NCBI GenBank assembly: GCA_041611735.1
Contig: JBFIML010000034.1
Coordinates: forward strand, 1-48,865
Direction: 5' to 3'
Length of the DNA stretch: 48,865 nt
DNA from: Myxococcota bacterium
GTDB taxonomy: Bacteria; Myxococcota_A; UBA9160; PR03
A program made the position numbers and the translations under genes. The notes under the pieces were generated by a model. The model was not told where the DNA came from and searched no databases. It saw only the letters and a program-made list of their open reading frames with translations. Positions 1-9,714 of the stretch are shown here, piece by piece (the stretch's first letter is position 1; each line of letters opens with the position of its first letter).

Positions 1-970
1 GCCCCTGCACGACCTGCGTCAACACCGAGGGCACGCCCGCCTCGCGCTGCATGGCCCCGGCTCCGGCGTCGAGTGCGCCGAAGAAGAGCGCCGCCGCCGC
101 CACCCCCAGCGGGTTGAGCCGCGCCAGCAGGGCCACGGCGATGGCGGTGTAACCGTGGCCCGGCGACAGGCCCTCGTAGAGGCGCCCGGTGACGCCTGCC
201 ACCTCGAAGGCGCCCGCCAGGCCCGCGATCGCCCCGGCCAGGCTGATCGCCACGAGCCCGGTTCGCTCCGGCGGGATGCCGGCGAAGCGGGCCGCCTCGG
301 GAGCGTGCCCGACCGCCCGCAGGCGGAAGCCGAATGCCGTGCCGAGCACCAGGGCGTGGACCGCCGCCGCCGCGAGGAAGGCAGCCGGCACGCCGGCGTG
401 CAGTCGCCCCCAGGCCGGCAGGCGCGCCGCCGGGGACAGCAGATCGCTCTGCGGGTAGGCCTGGGCCGCTTCCTGGAGCGGACCGTGGACCGCCAGGGCC
501 ACGAGCTGCACCGCCACGAAGTTGAGCAGGATGGTGGAGATGACCTCGTTCACCCCGCGTCGGGCCCGGAGCCAGCCGGCCACCGCCCCGAACAGCGCGC
601 CCCCGGCGGCCGCGGCCGCGAGCAGCATCGGAAGCACCAGCAGCGCCGGTGCGTCGGGCAGCAGCCGCGTCGCCACCCCCGTGGCGCCCAGGGCTCCGGC
701 CAGCAGCTGCCCCTCGGCGCCGATGTTCCACACCCCGGCCCGAAACGAGAGCGCCACGGCGAGTCCCGTGAGCAGCAGGGGGGCGGTCTTGAGCAGCGTC
801 GCGGTCCAGGCCTCCGGGCCGCCGAAGGCGCCGCTCACGAGCGCCGCCAGAGCGGGCCCCGGGGCGTGGCCGAGGGCTGCCACCCCGAGGCCTGCCGCGG
901 CGAGGGCGGCCAGGGCCGCTAGCAGGGATCGACGCACGTCGCGGAGCGTGCGGCGGAGGCCTCGGCTCAC
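1..970 (-). CDS. ABC transporter permease, nucleoside/simple-sugar (BMP-associated) type; 3' end runs off the window
   Basis: Manual translation from GTG 970, which overlaps the ATPase stop (GTGA). Hydrophobic, with motifs FNIGAEGQLLAGA, EVISTILLN and GHGYTAIAVALLARLNP. Absent from the ORF track because there is no stop in the window. Confidence 0.9.
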   Translation of the reverse strand, partial: MSRGLRRTLRDVRRSLLAALAALAAAGLGVAALGHAPGPALAALVSGAFGGPEAWTATLLKTAPLLLTGLAVALSFRAGVWNIGAEGQLLAGALGATGVATRLLPDAPALLVLPMLLAAAAAGGALFGAVAGWLRARRGVNEVISTILLNFVAVQLVALAVHGPLQEAAQAYPQSDLLSPAARLPAWGRLHAGVPAAFLAAAAVHALVLGTAFGFRLRAVGHAPEAARFAGIPPERTGLVAISLAGAIAGLAGAFEVAGVTGRLYEGLSPGHGYTAIAVALLARLNPLGVAAAALFFGALDAGAGAMQREAGVPSVLTQVVQG

Positions 971-2487
971 GCCGCCCGGGTCCCGAGCAGGATCGCCCCG
1001 ATTGCCGCCCGGTCCGCGCCGGCGGGGACCGGCACCAGCGCCCCGCGCACCAGGGCGAAGCTGCGATCCGCCAGGGCCAGCACCTCGTCGAGCTCCGTGG
1101 AGACGAGCAGCACCGCGCTGCCTCGCGCGCGCAACGCGAGCAGACGCTCGTGCACGAAGCGCGTGGCAGCCAGGTCCAGTCCCCGGGTCGGGTTCACGGC
1201 CACCAGCACGGGCGGATCCTCGCCGAGCTCGCGGGCCACGGCGACCTTCTGGGCGTTGCCGCCCGACAGGGTGGCGATGTCCGCGTCCGGGTCGGGCGGC
1301 TCGACGCCATAGGCCTGGATGGCCTCCCGCGCTGCGGCACGGGCCGCGCCGCGGTCCAGGCGGCCGCGCCGGAAGAAGCGCCGGTCGCCCCAGCTGCGCT
1401 TCAGGATCAGGTTCTCCGCCACCGTGAAGCCGGGCACCAGCCCGGCCCGCTCGCGCTCGCCCGAGAGGTGGGCGACGCCAGCCGCCTGGAGCCGACGCGC
1501 CTCGGCCGCCACGGGCTGCCCGTCCACCTCCACGTGGCCGGCGCCGGGACGCCGCACGCCGGCCAGCACCTCCTCGAGCTCGCGCTGCCCGTTGCCGTCG
1601 ATGCCCGCCACGCCCACCAGCTCGCCGCCGCGCACCGACAGCTCGAGCGAGCGCAGCCGGCTCGCCTCGCGGTACCCGGGCGCCGAGAGGCCGCGCAGGG
1701 CAAAACGCGGGGCCGGCGAGCGCGCCGGCGCTGGGGGCGGCGCCAGGGGCGGGAGCTCGCGGCCCAGCATGAGGCGCCCCAGGCTGGTCGCATCCGCCGT
1801 GCGCGCCTGGAGGGTGGCCTCCAGACGACCGCGGCGCAGGACGCTGATGCGGTCCGCCACGGCGCGGATCTCGTCGAGCTTGTGGGAGATGAACACGACC
1901 GCGCGGCCGCCGTCCCGAAGCCGTCGCAGCGCCTGGAAGAGCGCTTCGCTCTCGCCCGGGGTGAGCACCGAGGTGGGCTCGTCGAGGATCAGCAGGCGGG
2001 CGCCGCGGTCGAGGGCCCGTAGGATCTCGGCGCGCTGGCGCAATCCCACGGAGAGCACCTCCACGGGCGCGGCCGCCGGCACCTCGAGCCGGTGCCGTTC
2101 GGCGAGTGCGGCCACCCGGGCGTGCGCGGCCCGCGGTCGGAAGCGCCAGCCGCCGCGCGGATCGCCGAAGGCCAGGTTCTCGGCCACCGTGAGCGCCGGT
2201 ACCAGCGTCGAGTGCTGATGCACCATGCCGATGCCGGCACGCTGGGCCGCCGCGGGTCCATAGCCATGCCAGGCGACCGGCTGCCCGCCCAGCTCGAGCC
2301 TGCCGGCGTCGGGCCGCACCAGGCCGGCCAGGATGCGCACCAGGGTGGACTTGCCGGCCCCGTTCTCGCCCAGCAGGGCATGGACCTCCCCGGGCCGGAC
2401 GTCGAAGTGCACGTCGCAAAGCACGGGGCGCTGGGGCAGGAACGCCTTGTGGAGCCCGAGCGCGCGCACGACCGGCGCGTCCGGCAC
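967..2487 (-). CDS. ABC transporter ATP-binding protein with two NBDs (CUT2/nucleoside type)
   Basis: Walker A GENGAGKST, LILDEPT, FISHKLDE, second domain LSGGNAQK and NPTRGLD. Confidence 0.95.
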   Translation of the reverse strand: MPDAPVVRALGLHKAFLPQRPVLCDVHFDVRPGEVHALLGENGAGKSTLVRILAGLVRPDAGRLELGGQPVAWHGYGPAAAQRAGIGMVHQHSTLVPALTVAENLAFGDPRGGWRFRPRAAHARVAALAERHRLEVPAAAPVEVLSVGLRQRAEILRALDRGARLLILDEPTSVLTPGESEALFQALRRLRDGGRAVVFISHKLDEIRAVADRISVLRRGRLEATLQARTADATSLGRLMLGRELPPLAPPPAPARSPAPRFALRGLSAPGYREASRLRSLELSVRGGELVGVAGIDGNGQRELEEVLAGVRRPGAGHVEVDGQPVAAEARRLQAAGVAHLSGERERAGLVPGFTVAENLILKRSWGDRRFFRRGRLDRGAARAAAREAIQAYGVEPPDPDADIATLSGGNAQKVAVARELGEDPPVLVAVNPTRGLDLAATRFVHERLLALRARGSAVLLVSTELDEVLALADRSFALVRGALVPVPAGADRAAIGAILLGTRAA

Positions 2488-2490
2488 GGC

Positions 2491-3495
2491 TCAGAACCCG
2501 CGCGGGACGGAGAGCGAGCCCTCCCGGATGCGCCGCTCGAGGTCGTCCAGCTCCGCCAGGACGGGGGGCGGGATGCGGTCGCGCAGGCGCGGGTTGACGA
2601 CGAAGCCGACCACCCCGTCGACGAGGCCGAGGCGCAGGGGCTCGGCCTCGAAGGCGCCTTCGCGCACGCGCCGGGCCACCTCCAGCAGGGCGGCCGGGAT
2701 GTCCAGCGTCGCCGAGGCCAGCACCACGTCCGGCGCCATCCCGCTCTGGTCGCGGTTGGTCCCGAAGGCGTAGACCCGCGCGCCGCCCCGGGCCCGCTCG
2801 GAGACGGCCTGGAACACGCCCCGCCCCGCGGCATCGGCATTGTGCAGGATCCCGTCGGCGCCCTCCTCCATCTGGGCCAGGGCGGCCTCGCGCGCCGCGC
2901 CGGTGTCCTCCCAGCTGCCGAGATACGTCTCCAGCACCCGCGCCTGCGGGGCCACGGCGGCGACGCCCGCCCGGAAGGCCAGGAAGGTGCTTCGGATCGA
3001 GGGAATCTGGATCCCGCCCACCAGCCCCAGCGTGCCGCTGCGCGACATGCGCGCCGCCAGCACGCCGCACAGGTAGGTGGCCTGCTCGATCTCGAACACG
3101 ACGGGCGCCAGGTTGTCCGCCAGCGTGCTGCCGGAGGTCGTGACGAAGATCGTGTCCGGGTACTGGGACGCGACGCGGGCGGCGGCCTCCTGGTACTCGA
3201 AGCCGTGGCCGAACACCAGATCGAAGCCCCGGCGCGCGTAGTCTCGGAAGCCTTCCTCGAACTCCGCCGGGGTGCGGGTCTCCGCGTGGGAGGTGCGCGC
3301 GTCGAGCTCGTGCTCGATGCGCTGCAACCCTTCGAAGGCACCCTGGTTCCAGCCGCCATCAGCGATCGAGCCCGGGGTCAGGAGCGCCACCCGGAATGCC
3401 GTGTCGGGCGCGGGGGCCTCCGCTCCACCACAGGCCAGGCCGGCCACCGCCAGCGCGCACAGCCACCGCGCTTGCCGTGCCTGCCTGCCACGCAT
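2491..3495 (-). CDS. BMP family ABC substrate-binding lipoprotein
   Basis: Lipobox GLAC, motif DGGWNQGAFEGL, FGHGFEY; first gene of the ABC operon. Confidence 0.92.
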   Translation of the reverse strand: MRGRQARQARWLCALAVAGLACGGAEAPAPDTAFRVALLTPGSIADGGWNQGAFEGLQRIEHELDARTSHAETRTPAEFEEGFRDYARRGFDLVFGHGFEYQEAAARVASQYPDTIFVTTSGSTLADNLAPVVFEIEQATYLCGVLAARMSRSGTLGLVGGIQIPSIRSTFLAFRAGVAAVAPQARVLETYLGSWEDTGAAREAALAQMEEGADGILHNADAAGRGVFQAVSERARGGARVYAFGTNRDQSGMAPDVVLASATLDIPAALLEVARRVREGAFEAEPLRLGLVDGVVGFVVNPRLRDRIPPPVLAELDDLERRIREGSLSVPRGF

Positions 3496-3504
3496 CGCGC
3501 TCGG

Positions 3505-3533
3505 AGTATGAGAAGGCGCCCGGGGGGCGTCAA
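3505..3533 (-). promoter_or_regulatory. sigma70-type promoter of the BMP ABC operon
   Basis: TTGACG-17 nt-CATACT on the minus strand, 9 nt before the ATG at 3495, implying a near-leaderless mRNA. Confidence 0.6.
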
Positions 3534-3552
3534 CGAAGCCGGCGGGGCGGGG

Positions 3553-4272
3553 CTACGGACGGGCGACGTGCAGGGGCGGCGCAGCCACCTCCTGCACCGT
3601 GAACTCCCGGGTGGGGGTGAAGACCTTGAGGGGCACCCAGCCGGCCACCTCCGACATGTGCGGCATGCCCGAGGTCATGGCACCGGTGGGATCGATCACC
3701 CAGGGGTCGTCCGGGTCCTCGAACCAGAGCGTCACCATGTGGTGCTGCCCGTCCTCCGGGCGGAAGACGATGGCCCGGTACACCTCGTCGCCGAAGCCGA
3801 GGTCGCGCAGCAGGTAGTAGACCAGCAGCTCGAGGCCGTCGCAGTCGTCCCCGTCGGTGGCGAGCGTCTCCTCGAGGGTCGCCCAGTGATCGATGGCCCC
3901 ATCCGGCCGGTAGTGGAGCTTCGCCTGGTCCTGGATCCAGGCGGCCAGCTCGCGGGCCGCCGCCCGGCGCCGCTCTGCCCGGAAGCCCAGGTACTTGGCG
4001 CGCAGGCCGCCCTCGCGGGCCGGCTCGGCGCGGGCCGTCTCGCCGGAGCCCGAAACGGAGGCGAGCGCCCGGGGGCCCTCGCGGCGGGCCAGTCCCTGCT
4101 CCCGGCCCTGCCAGCCGTTGATCTTGGACGACCAGGGATCGTCCGCCGCCGGATGCGCGAAGTAGCGATAGCCCGGGGTGCTCGTCACGCCCGGCGGCGG
4201 GCCGACGCAGCCGGCGAGGGCAATCGCCGCCAGCGCGCTGGCGGCGACGATGTGGCGCGAGGCTCGGAGCAC
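3553..4272 (-). CDS. Transglutaminase-like cysteine peptidase lipoprotein (BTLCP/LapG-like)
   Basis: GTG 4272 follows a GGGGAGG RBS. Lipobox LAGC; DHW...GDDCDG (Cys), HHMV (His) and VIDP (Asp) give the triad. Confidence 0.8.
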   Translation of the reverse strand: MLRASRHIVAASALAAIALAGCVGPPPGVTSTPGYRYFAHPAADDPWSSKINGWQGREQGLARREGPRALASVSGSGETARAEPAREGGLRAKYLGFRAERRRAAARELAAWIQDQAKLHYRPDGAIDHWATLEETLATDGDDCDGLELLVYYLLRDLGFGDEVYRAIVFRPEDGQHHMVTLWFEDPDDPWVIDPTGAMTSGMPHMSEVAGWVPLKVFTPTREFTVQEVAAPPLHVARP

Positions 4273-4291
4273 GGGCCGCCTCCCCGTCCGG

Positions 4292-4319
4292 AGATCGGCC
4301 AAACCGCTCGAAGGGTTTA
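4292..4319 (-). promoter_or_regulatory. sigma28/FliA-like promoter
   Basis: TAAA-16 nt-GCCGATCT upstream of the BTLCP RBS. Confidence 0.55.
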
Positions 4320-4454
4320 GCGTAACCCTTTGTCGGATATGGGAAAACTAGAAAAGATGCAGAGTTCCGAGGAGAAGCCGGGGTGGGTTACGGGCTGGCT
4401 GCCGGCTCCTTAGGCGGAAGCCGGCGCGCAGCCTCCGCCACGGCCCTCGACGCC

Positions 4455-4580
4455 TCAGGCCGGCAGGCCGCAGAGCCTCACGCCCACGAAGAGCAGCACG
4501 AAGAAGGCGACCATGGCGGGAATGCCGCCCACCACGTACAGGATCGAGGCCAGGTCGGTCCGGCCGTGTTGCTCGTCCAC
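4455..4580 (-). CDS. Small single-pass membrane protein (41 aa)
   Basis: Manual translation MDEQHGRTDLASILYVVGGIPAMVAFFVLLFVGVRLCGLPA; GGAGG about 8 nt before the GTG; GC3-rich codons. Confidence 0.7.
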   Translation of the reverse strand: MDEQHGRTDLASILYVVGGIPAMVAFFVLLFVGVRLCGLPA

Positions 4581-4697
4581 CCCGTGGGCCTCCCGTTCGA
4601 AGCAGCGCGGAAGCTAGCGGGGGCCTCGGCGGGCGTCGAGACGAGCGGCCGCCCGGCCCGCTTGCCGAGGCGGGCCGCGGCCCGCAGCATCCCGGGG

Positions 4698-5807
4698 GTG
4701 GAGCGCCGCGCGAGCGAGGATCCGAGCGCGTCGTCACCGGCGCCGCCGGCCGACGCGGCCTCCGAGCCGACGCCGGGCCTGGTGGCCGCCCGGCTGGGCG
4801 CGGCCCTCGCGCTCACCGTGGCCGCCGTCGCGGTCCTGCGTCCGTTCCTCGTATCCATCACCTGGGCGGCCATCGTCGCCTACGTGACCTGGCCGCTCTA
4901 CCGTCGCGTGCGCGCTCGCGTGCGTCATCCGCGGCTCGCGGCGGCGCTCTTCACCGCCGCCATGGCGGTGCTCGCGGGGCTCCCGGTGGCCTGGTTCCTG
5001 GTGGCCCTGGCGCGCGAGGCCACGGAGGTGGTGGAGGCCCTGCGGGCGTGGATCGAGCAGGGAGCACCGCTTCCGCCCTGGGTCGCCGAGCGGCCGTGGA
5101 TCTCGGGGCCGCTGGAGATGGCCCGGACCGCCGTGCCGGAGCCGCTCCCCGTCGCCGAGTGGCTGGTGCGCTACGGCACCCGGCTGTCGTCCAACCTGGT
5201 GGACCTGGCCAGCGGCATCGCCCGCAACGTACTGAACTTCGCCATCACCTTCGTGGCGCTGTACGTGCTGTACCTGGACGGCGAGCGCATCCTGGCCACG
5301 GTGCGGCGACTTGCCGCGGCCCTCTTCCCGTACGCCCCCGCCCGCTTCGTGGACCGCATCGGGGCCACGGTGCGCGCGGTGGTCTTCGGCCTGCTCGGCA
5401 CGGGGCTCGTACAGGGCGTGCTGGCGGGCTCGGCCTTTGCGCTGGCGGGCGTGCCCGCGCCGGTCGCCCTCGGCGCCGTGACCGCGCTGCTCTCCTTCGT
5501 GCCAGCGGGGCCGACCCTGGTGGGCGCCGGAACCGTGGCATGGCTCCTGCTGGAGCAGCGCGTGGGCGCCGCGCTGGCCGTGGGCGCGTGGATCCTGCTG
5601 GTAGTGGCCTCCATGGACAACCTGTTGAGGCCGCTCCTGATCAGCCAGCCCACCCGCATTCCCTTCGTCCTGGTCTTCTTCGGCGTGCTGGGGGGCCTCG
5701 CCGCCTTCGGGATGCTCGGCGTCTTCGTGGGGCCGGTGCTGCTGTCGGTGGCCTTCGCGCTGCTGGCGGAGTTCGCCCGGGCACGGCCCGATCCGCGCGA
5801 CGCCTGA
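4698..5807 (+). CDS. AI-2E family transporter (PerM/YdiK-like); start approximate
   Basis: Multi-pass membrane protein with DNLLRPLLI and GVLGGLAAFGMLGVFVGP motifs. Confidence 0.88.
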   Translation: MERRASEDPSASSPAPPADAASEPTPGLVAARLGAALALTVAAVAVLRPFLVSITWAAIVAYVTWPLYRRVRARVRHPRLAAALFTAAMAVLAGLPVAWFLVALAREATEVVEALRAWIEQGAPLPPWVAERPWISGPLEMARTAVPEPLPVAEWLVRYGTRLSSNLVDLASGIARNVLNFAITFVALYVLYLDGERILATVRRLAAALFPYAPARFVDRIGATVRAVVFGLLGTGLVQGVLAGSAFALAGVPAPVALGAVTALLSFVPAGPTLVGAGTVAWLLLEQRVGAALAVGAWILLVVASMDNLLRPLLISQPTRIPFVLVFFGVLGGLAAFGMLGVFVGPVLLSVAFALLAEFARARPDPRDA

Positions 5808-5810
5808 CGC

Positions 5811-7703
5811 TCAGCCGCCCCTCGCGAGCTGCACGACGGGCACGAAGCGGCCGAGATCCACGCTGCCCCGGAGCACGTGGCGGCGCCCCCCGTAGCGGAA
5901 GGCGAGCCGGCGCACGTCGAGCCGCAGCGCGTGCAGGGCCAGGTCCAGATCCAGGTCCCGCAGCGTGCCGTCGGGAAGCCGCAGCGACTCGGCGTGGAAC
6001 GTGCCGCGCTCGACCGCCAGACCCTCCAGACGGCCGCGTTGACGGCTGAGCAGCAGGATCGGGCCTTCCGCCGCCGCGCGCAGGCCGCCCGGAAGGCCCG
6101 CTGCGACTCCCGTCTCGATCGGCACGGAACGCCCGGGTTGCGCGAGATCCACCACGCCTGCGCGGGCCGCGAAGCGCAGGCGCCACGCAACCGCCGCCTC
6201 CGGGTCCCGGGAGCCCTCCAGATCGAGGCCGAAGGCAACGCCCCCGAGTTCCCCCCGAAGCCCGCGAGCGCGCAGGCGGTGGGGACCCAGCTCGATGTGC
6301 CCCGACAGGCGTGCCGTCCCGAAGGGCATCCGCGCGCCTCCCAGGGCCAGATCCTCGAGCTCGAGCTCCAACGTGGGAGTCCTCCCGGCCTGCCCTTCGA
6401 GGTCCACGACGCGCACCCGCCCGCCGTGCATGCGCTCCTCGAGCAGGGGACAGAGCGCGGCGAGGGTGGCTGCCGGCACCCAGTCCGTGCGGCCGGTCAA
6501 ACGCCCGTCCGGCCCGCGCTCGAGTTCGGCCCCGAGCCCCGCCACTTCGATCCGCAGCCCGCTCGCCGCTCCACCGCGCCGGGGCTCCCGGGTCCAGAGC
6601 AGGCGCGTGGGCAGCCCGGCCGGCTTGCGCAGCCACTCGTCCACTGCGAGGTGCGTGGCCCCGAGATCCGCCACCCCCACCGCACGAGGCGCCGCGACGC
6701 TCCCGCTCAGGGCGAATACCGCACCCACGGGACCCGAGACCAGCAGCCGAGTGGAGCCCTCGGTGGCTGCGGGTCCCGACAGCTGCAGACGGCCGAGGTC
6801 CGCCTTCACATGCAGCCAGCCGGCGAGCGGAGCGGGGTCGGCGTCGCTGCGCGGCCGGGAGCCGGCGTCGCGACCCACGAAGACGGTGCCCTCCAGACGC
6901 GCGCTCCAGCTTCGCGTGGGCGTGTCGGCCCCGAGGTGCGCCCGGTGGCGAGCGCGGCCGCTTGTGTCGCGTTCCAGATCCCAGTGGCCGGTCACGCGGG
7001 CCGGCAGCGAGGCGGTGGCGAGCCGGGCCGCTCCGAGGCCCGCGGCGGGAGCGAGCCAGGGATGCAGATCGAGCAGCGCCACCTCGTCCAGGGAGGCCTT
7101 GAGTCGCACGGCCCGTCCCAGGCCCCGCACCCCCCGCAGCTCCAGCCGCCCGCCCACGCGCTGCCTCGCTCGCAGCCGGACGCGGCCGCCCCGCTCGATC
7201 GGGACGAGCTCCAGGTCGACGGCGTGGAGCAGCTCGCCGCCCTCCGCCGCGTGCACCCGTCCCCGCCGCAGGCGCAGATCCGGCAGGTGCGCCGCGGCGT
7301 TCTCGACCAGGTCCGCCAGGGCGACGAGCAGCGCCACCGGCTCTCCCTGCGGAGTGGTCACCTCGAAGCCGCTCCCGACCAGCACGGGCTCGAGAGCGCC
7401 GCGCAGGAGACCGCCCAGACGGGGCCGTAGCACCAGGGAGCGGGCGCGCAGCACCCAGTCCCGGCGGCGCACCTCCACATCCTCGAGGCGCAGGCCCCCC
7501 GCCATCAGCGGGTCGATGCGCACGCGTCCCACGCGCAGCGCGTCGACCTCGCCCGCCAGACCCGACAGCGGATCGAGGCCCCAGGCGGCCAGCCGCTGGG
7601 GCTCGAGGGAGACGCGGGAGGCGCTGGCCAACGCGACGGCAACGAAGACGGCAGTCAGGAGGAACCATCGCCGGAGGCGAAGGATCCCCGCGGCGAGGCG
7701 CAC
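5811..7703 (-). CDS. AsmA-like envelope protein; start approximate
   Basis: N-terminal membrane anchor followed by beta-rich repeats with an AsmA-like layout (GLRLEDVEV, LRPRLGGLLRG); GGGGAG before GTG 7703. Confidence 0.55.
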   Translation of the reverse strand: MRLAAGILRLRRWFLLTAVFVAVALASASRVSLEPQRLAAWGLDPLSGLAGEVDALRVGRVRIDPLMAGGLRLEDVEVRRRDWVLRARSLVLRPRLGGLLRGALEPVLVGSGFEVTTPQGEPVALLVALADLVENAAAHLPDLRLRRGRVHAAEGGELLHAVDLELVPIERGGRVRLRARQRVGGRLELRGVRGLGRAVRLKASLDEVALLDLHPWLAPAAGLGAARLATASLPARVTGHWDLERDTSGRARHRAHLGADTPTRSWSARLEGTVFVGRDAGSRPRSDADPAPLAGWLHVKADLGRLQLSGPAATEGSTRLLVSGPVGAVFALSGSVAAPRAVGVADLGATHLAVDEWLRKPAGLPTRLLWTREPRRGGAASGLRIEVAGLGAELERGPDGRLTGRTDWVPAATLAALCPLLEERMHGGRVRVVDLEGQAGRTPTLELELEDLALGGARMPFGTARLSGHIELGPHRLRARGLRGELGGVAFGLDLEGSRDPEAAVAWRLRFAARAGVVDLAQPGRSVPIETGVAAGLPGGLRAAAEGPILLLSRQRGRLEGLAVERGTFHAESLRLPDGTLRDLDLDLALHALRLDVRRLAFRYGGRRHVLRGSVDLGRFVPVVQLARGG

Positions 7704-7794
7704 GCGTGGACTCCCCGGTGGGCCGCCCGCAGCCGGGCGGCGATTCGCCCCTCCCCAGGGATGCAATCGGCGAATCGGGCCCGGAGCTGAATGG

Positions 7795-8370
7795 CTAGTC
7801 GCGGGGCGAAACGGACTCGCGCTGGGGAGACGCCGCCGGGGTCGCCGGCTCCAACCGCCACTCCGGTGGCACTCCGGCCAGCTCGGCCTCGATCTCGAGA
7901 TCGCGCAGCCGCTGCTCGGCCCGCTTCACCTCCCCGCGCTGGCGCCGGATCTCCTGGCGAAGGCGGTAGCTCAGAGGAGCATCCGTGCCTTCGGTGACCC
8001 CCGGGGGCGCCAGCAGCCAGGCATCCGACTCCTCGGCCACGCCTTCGAGCTGCTGCTGCGCCTTGGCCAGGGCCGCGCGCGCCTGCTCGAGGGCCCCTCG
8101 GGCGTCCCGGAAGCGGGTTCTCCACTCGCCCCGGGTCGATCCGCTGCGGCGTTCGACCCCGTAGTCCAGGGATTCCGGGAGCTGGAGCAGCCGGTCCAGG
8201 GAGCCCGCCGGAGGAGCCGGGACCGTCGCCGTCGCGCCGGAGCCCGCCGGCGCCGACGAAGTGCCCGCCTCCTGGTCGGCGCCCGCCTCCCCGCCCGACC
8301 CCAGCCACCAGGCCGTGAGGAGCATGCAGACCAGGCGCCGCCCGGAGGCTCGCAGCAGATGGTTTCCCAT
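7795..8370 (-). CDS. Hypothetical exported coiled-coil protein
   Basis: Signal-like N-terminus, coiled-coil region, C-terminal AGVPPEWR. Confidence 0.7.
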   Translation of the reverse strand: MGNHLLRASGRRLVCMLLTAWWLGSGGEAGADQEAGTSSAPAGSGATATVPAPPAGSLDRLLQLPESLDYGVERRSGSTRGEWRTRFRDARGALEQARAALAKAQQQLEGVAEESDAWLLAPPGVTEGTDAPLSYRLRQEIRRQRGEVKRAEQRLRDLEIEAELAGVPPEWRLEPATPAASPQRESVSPRD

Positions 8371-8405
8371 GAGGCGTCGTATCCCTGGCCGGCGCGTGCG
8401 GCCGG

Positions 8406-8411
8406 ATTATA
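8406..8411 (-). promoter_or_regulatory. Perfect -10 box (TATAAT) upstream of the 8370 gene
   Basis: TATAAT in very GC-rich DNA, 35 nt before the ATG. No well-spaced -35 (TTGACC lies 24 nt away). Confidence 0.4.
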
Positions 8412-8437
8412 GCCCAGCACAGCGGGCCGGATCCGGG

Positions 8438-8464
8438 TCAAGCACCGCCTGCGTTGGCCGATAC
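8438..8464 (+). promoter_or_regulatory. sigma28/FliA-like promoter of pilT
   Basis: TCAA-15 nt-GCCGATAC. Confidence 0.6.
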
Positions 8465-8518
8465 AAAGCGGCGGGTGCGCTCCGGCTGCGGGCCGCACCC
8501 GGAGGACGCGCGGCCGAT

Positions 8519-9664
8519 ATGGACCGGGAGAAATTCCACCGCCTCCTTCGCCTCGGGCTGGAGAAGGGGGCGTCGGACATCCACTTCCAGGTGGGCTGTC
8601 TGCCGCTGTACCGCTTCCACGGGGAGCTGGTCGAGCTGCGCTACAAGGTCCTCGAGCCCAAGGACACCGAGAACATGGCCCGCATGCTCGTCGAAGCGGA
8701 CCCTCGGGAGCCGGGCCTCGACTTCAACGAGCTCGACCTCGCCTTCGAGCTGCCCGGCGAAGGACGCTTCCGCGTCAACATCGCTCGTCAGCGCCGTTTC
8801 TACAACATCGTGCTGCGGGTCATCCCGCTCCAGGTCGGCACCTTCGAGGAGCTGAACCTGCCCGGGGCCCTGCGCGACATCGCCCAGCTGCGGCGGGGTC
8901 AGATCCTGGTGACGGGTGCCACGGGCATGGGAAAGTCCACCACCCTCGCCACCATGATCAACGAGATCAACCGCACCCGGAAGTCGAAGATCGTCACCAT
9001 CGAGGATCCCATCGAGTTCGTGTTCGGCCACCAGAAGAGCATCATTACCCAGCGCGAGATCGGGACGGACACCGCCTCCTTCCCCGAGGCCCTGCGCGCC
9101 GCCTTGCGCCAGGACCCGGATGTGATCATGGTGGGCGAGATGCGGGACCTGGAGACCGTGGATACCGCGCTCAAGGCGGCCGAGACCGGACACCTCGTCC
9201 TCTCGTCGATCCACACCAACGACGTGGTCTCGACCATCAATCGTCTGGTCTCCTTCTTTCCCACCGAGGAGCAGCCCCAGGTACGGGCACGGCTCGTGGA
9301 GAACCTGAAAGCGGTGGTCTCGCTGCGGCTGCTGGCCAACAAGAAGCGCTCGGCCCGGGTTCCGGCCGTCGAGGTGATGCGCAGCACCCGGACCATCCAG
9401 GAATGCATCAAGGACCCGGCGCGCACCACCGAGATCACCGAGTTCCTGGCGCGCGGCCGCCCCGAAGGCATGCAGACCTTCGACCAGCACCTCTTCGACC
9501 TGGTGCGTGCCAACAAGATCTCGGTAGAGACCGCCCTCTCCGCTGCCACCCACCCGACCGATTTCAAGACCAAGCTCGCGCTGGAGGGCGCCGATCCCGA
9601 CGAAACGTCGGTGGCCGACCAGCCGCTCGAGAGGCTCGAGGTCGGGCCCGACGAGCGTTTCTAG
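8519..9664 (+). CDS. pilT: PilT/PilU family type IV pilus retraction ATPase
   Basis: GASDIH, Walker A GATGMGKST, TIEDPIE, LRQDPDVIMVGEMRD, AETGHLVLSSIHT, GMQTFDQ; GGAGG upstream. Confidence 0.92.
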   Translation: MDREKFHRLLRLGLEKGASDIHFQVGCLPLYRFHGELVELRYKVLEPKDTENMARMLVEADPREPGLDFNELDLAFELPGEGRFRVNIARQRRFYNIVLRVIPLQVGTFEELNLPGALRDIAQLRRGQILVTGATGMGKSTTLATMINEINRTRKSKIVTIEDPIEFVFGHQKSIITQREIGTDTASFPEALRAALRQDPDVIMVGEMRDLETVDTALKAAETGHLVLSSIHTNDVVSTINRLVSFFPTEEQPQVRARLVENLKAVVSLRLLANKKRSARVPAVEVMRSTRTIQECIKDPARTTEITEFLARGRPEGMQTFDQHLFDLVRANKISVETALSAATHPTDFKTKLALEGADPDETSVADQPLERLEVGPDERF

Positions 9665-9714
9665 GCACACCCGTGACGCGGGATCGGGCGCGCACCGGGA
9701 CGGAGTCCGCACCC

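Noticed and set aside
3553-4272. Transglutaminase-like protein as a lasso B2 leader peptidase
   Set aside because: It is an exported lipoprotein of BTLCP type, located 12 kb from the cassette.
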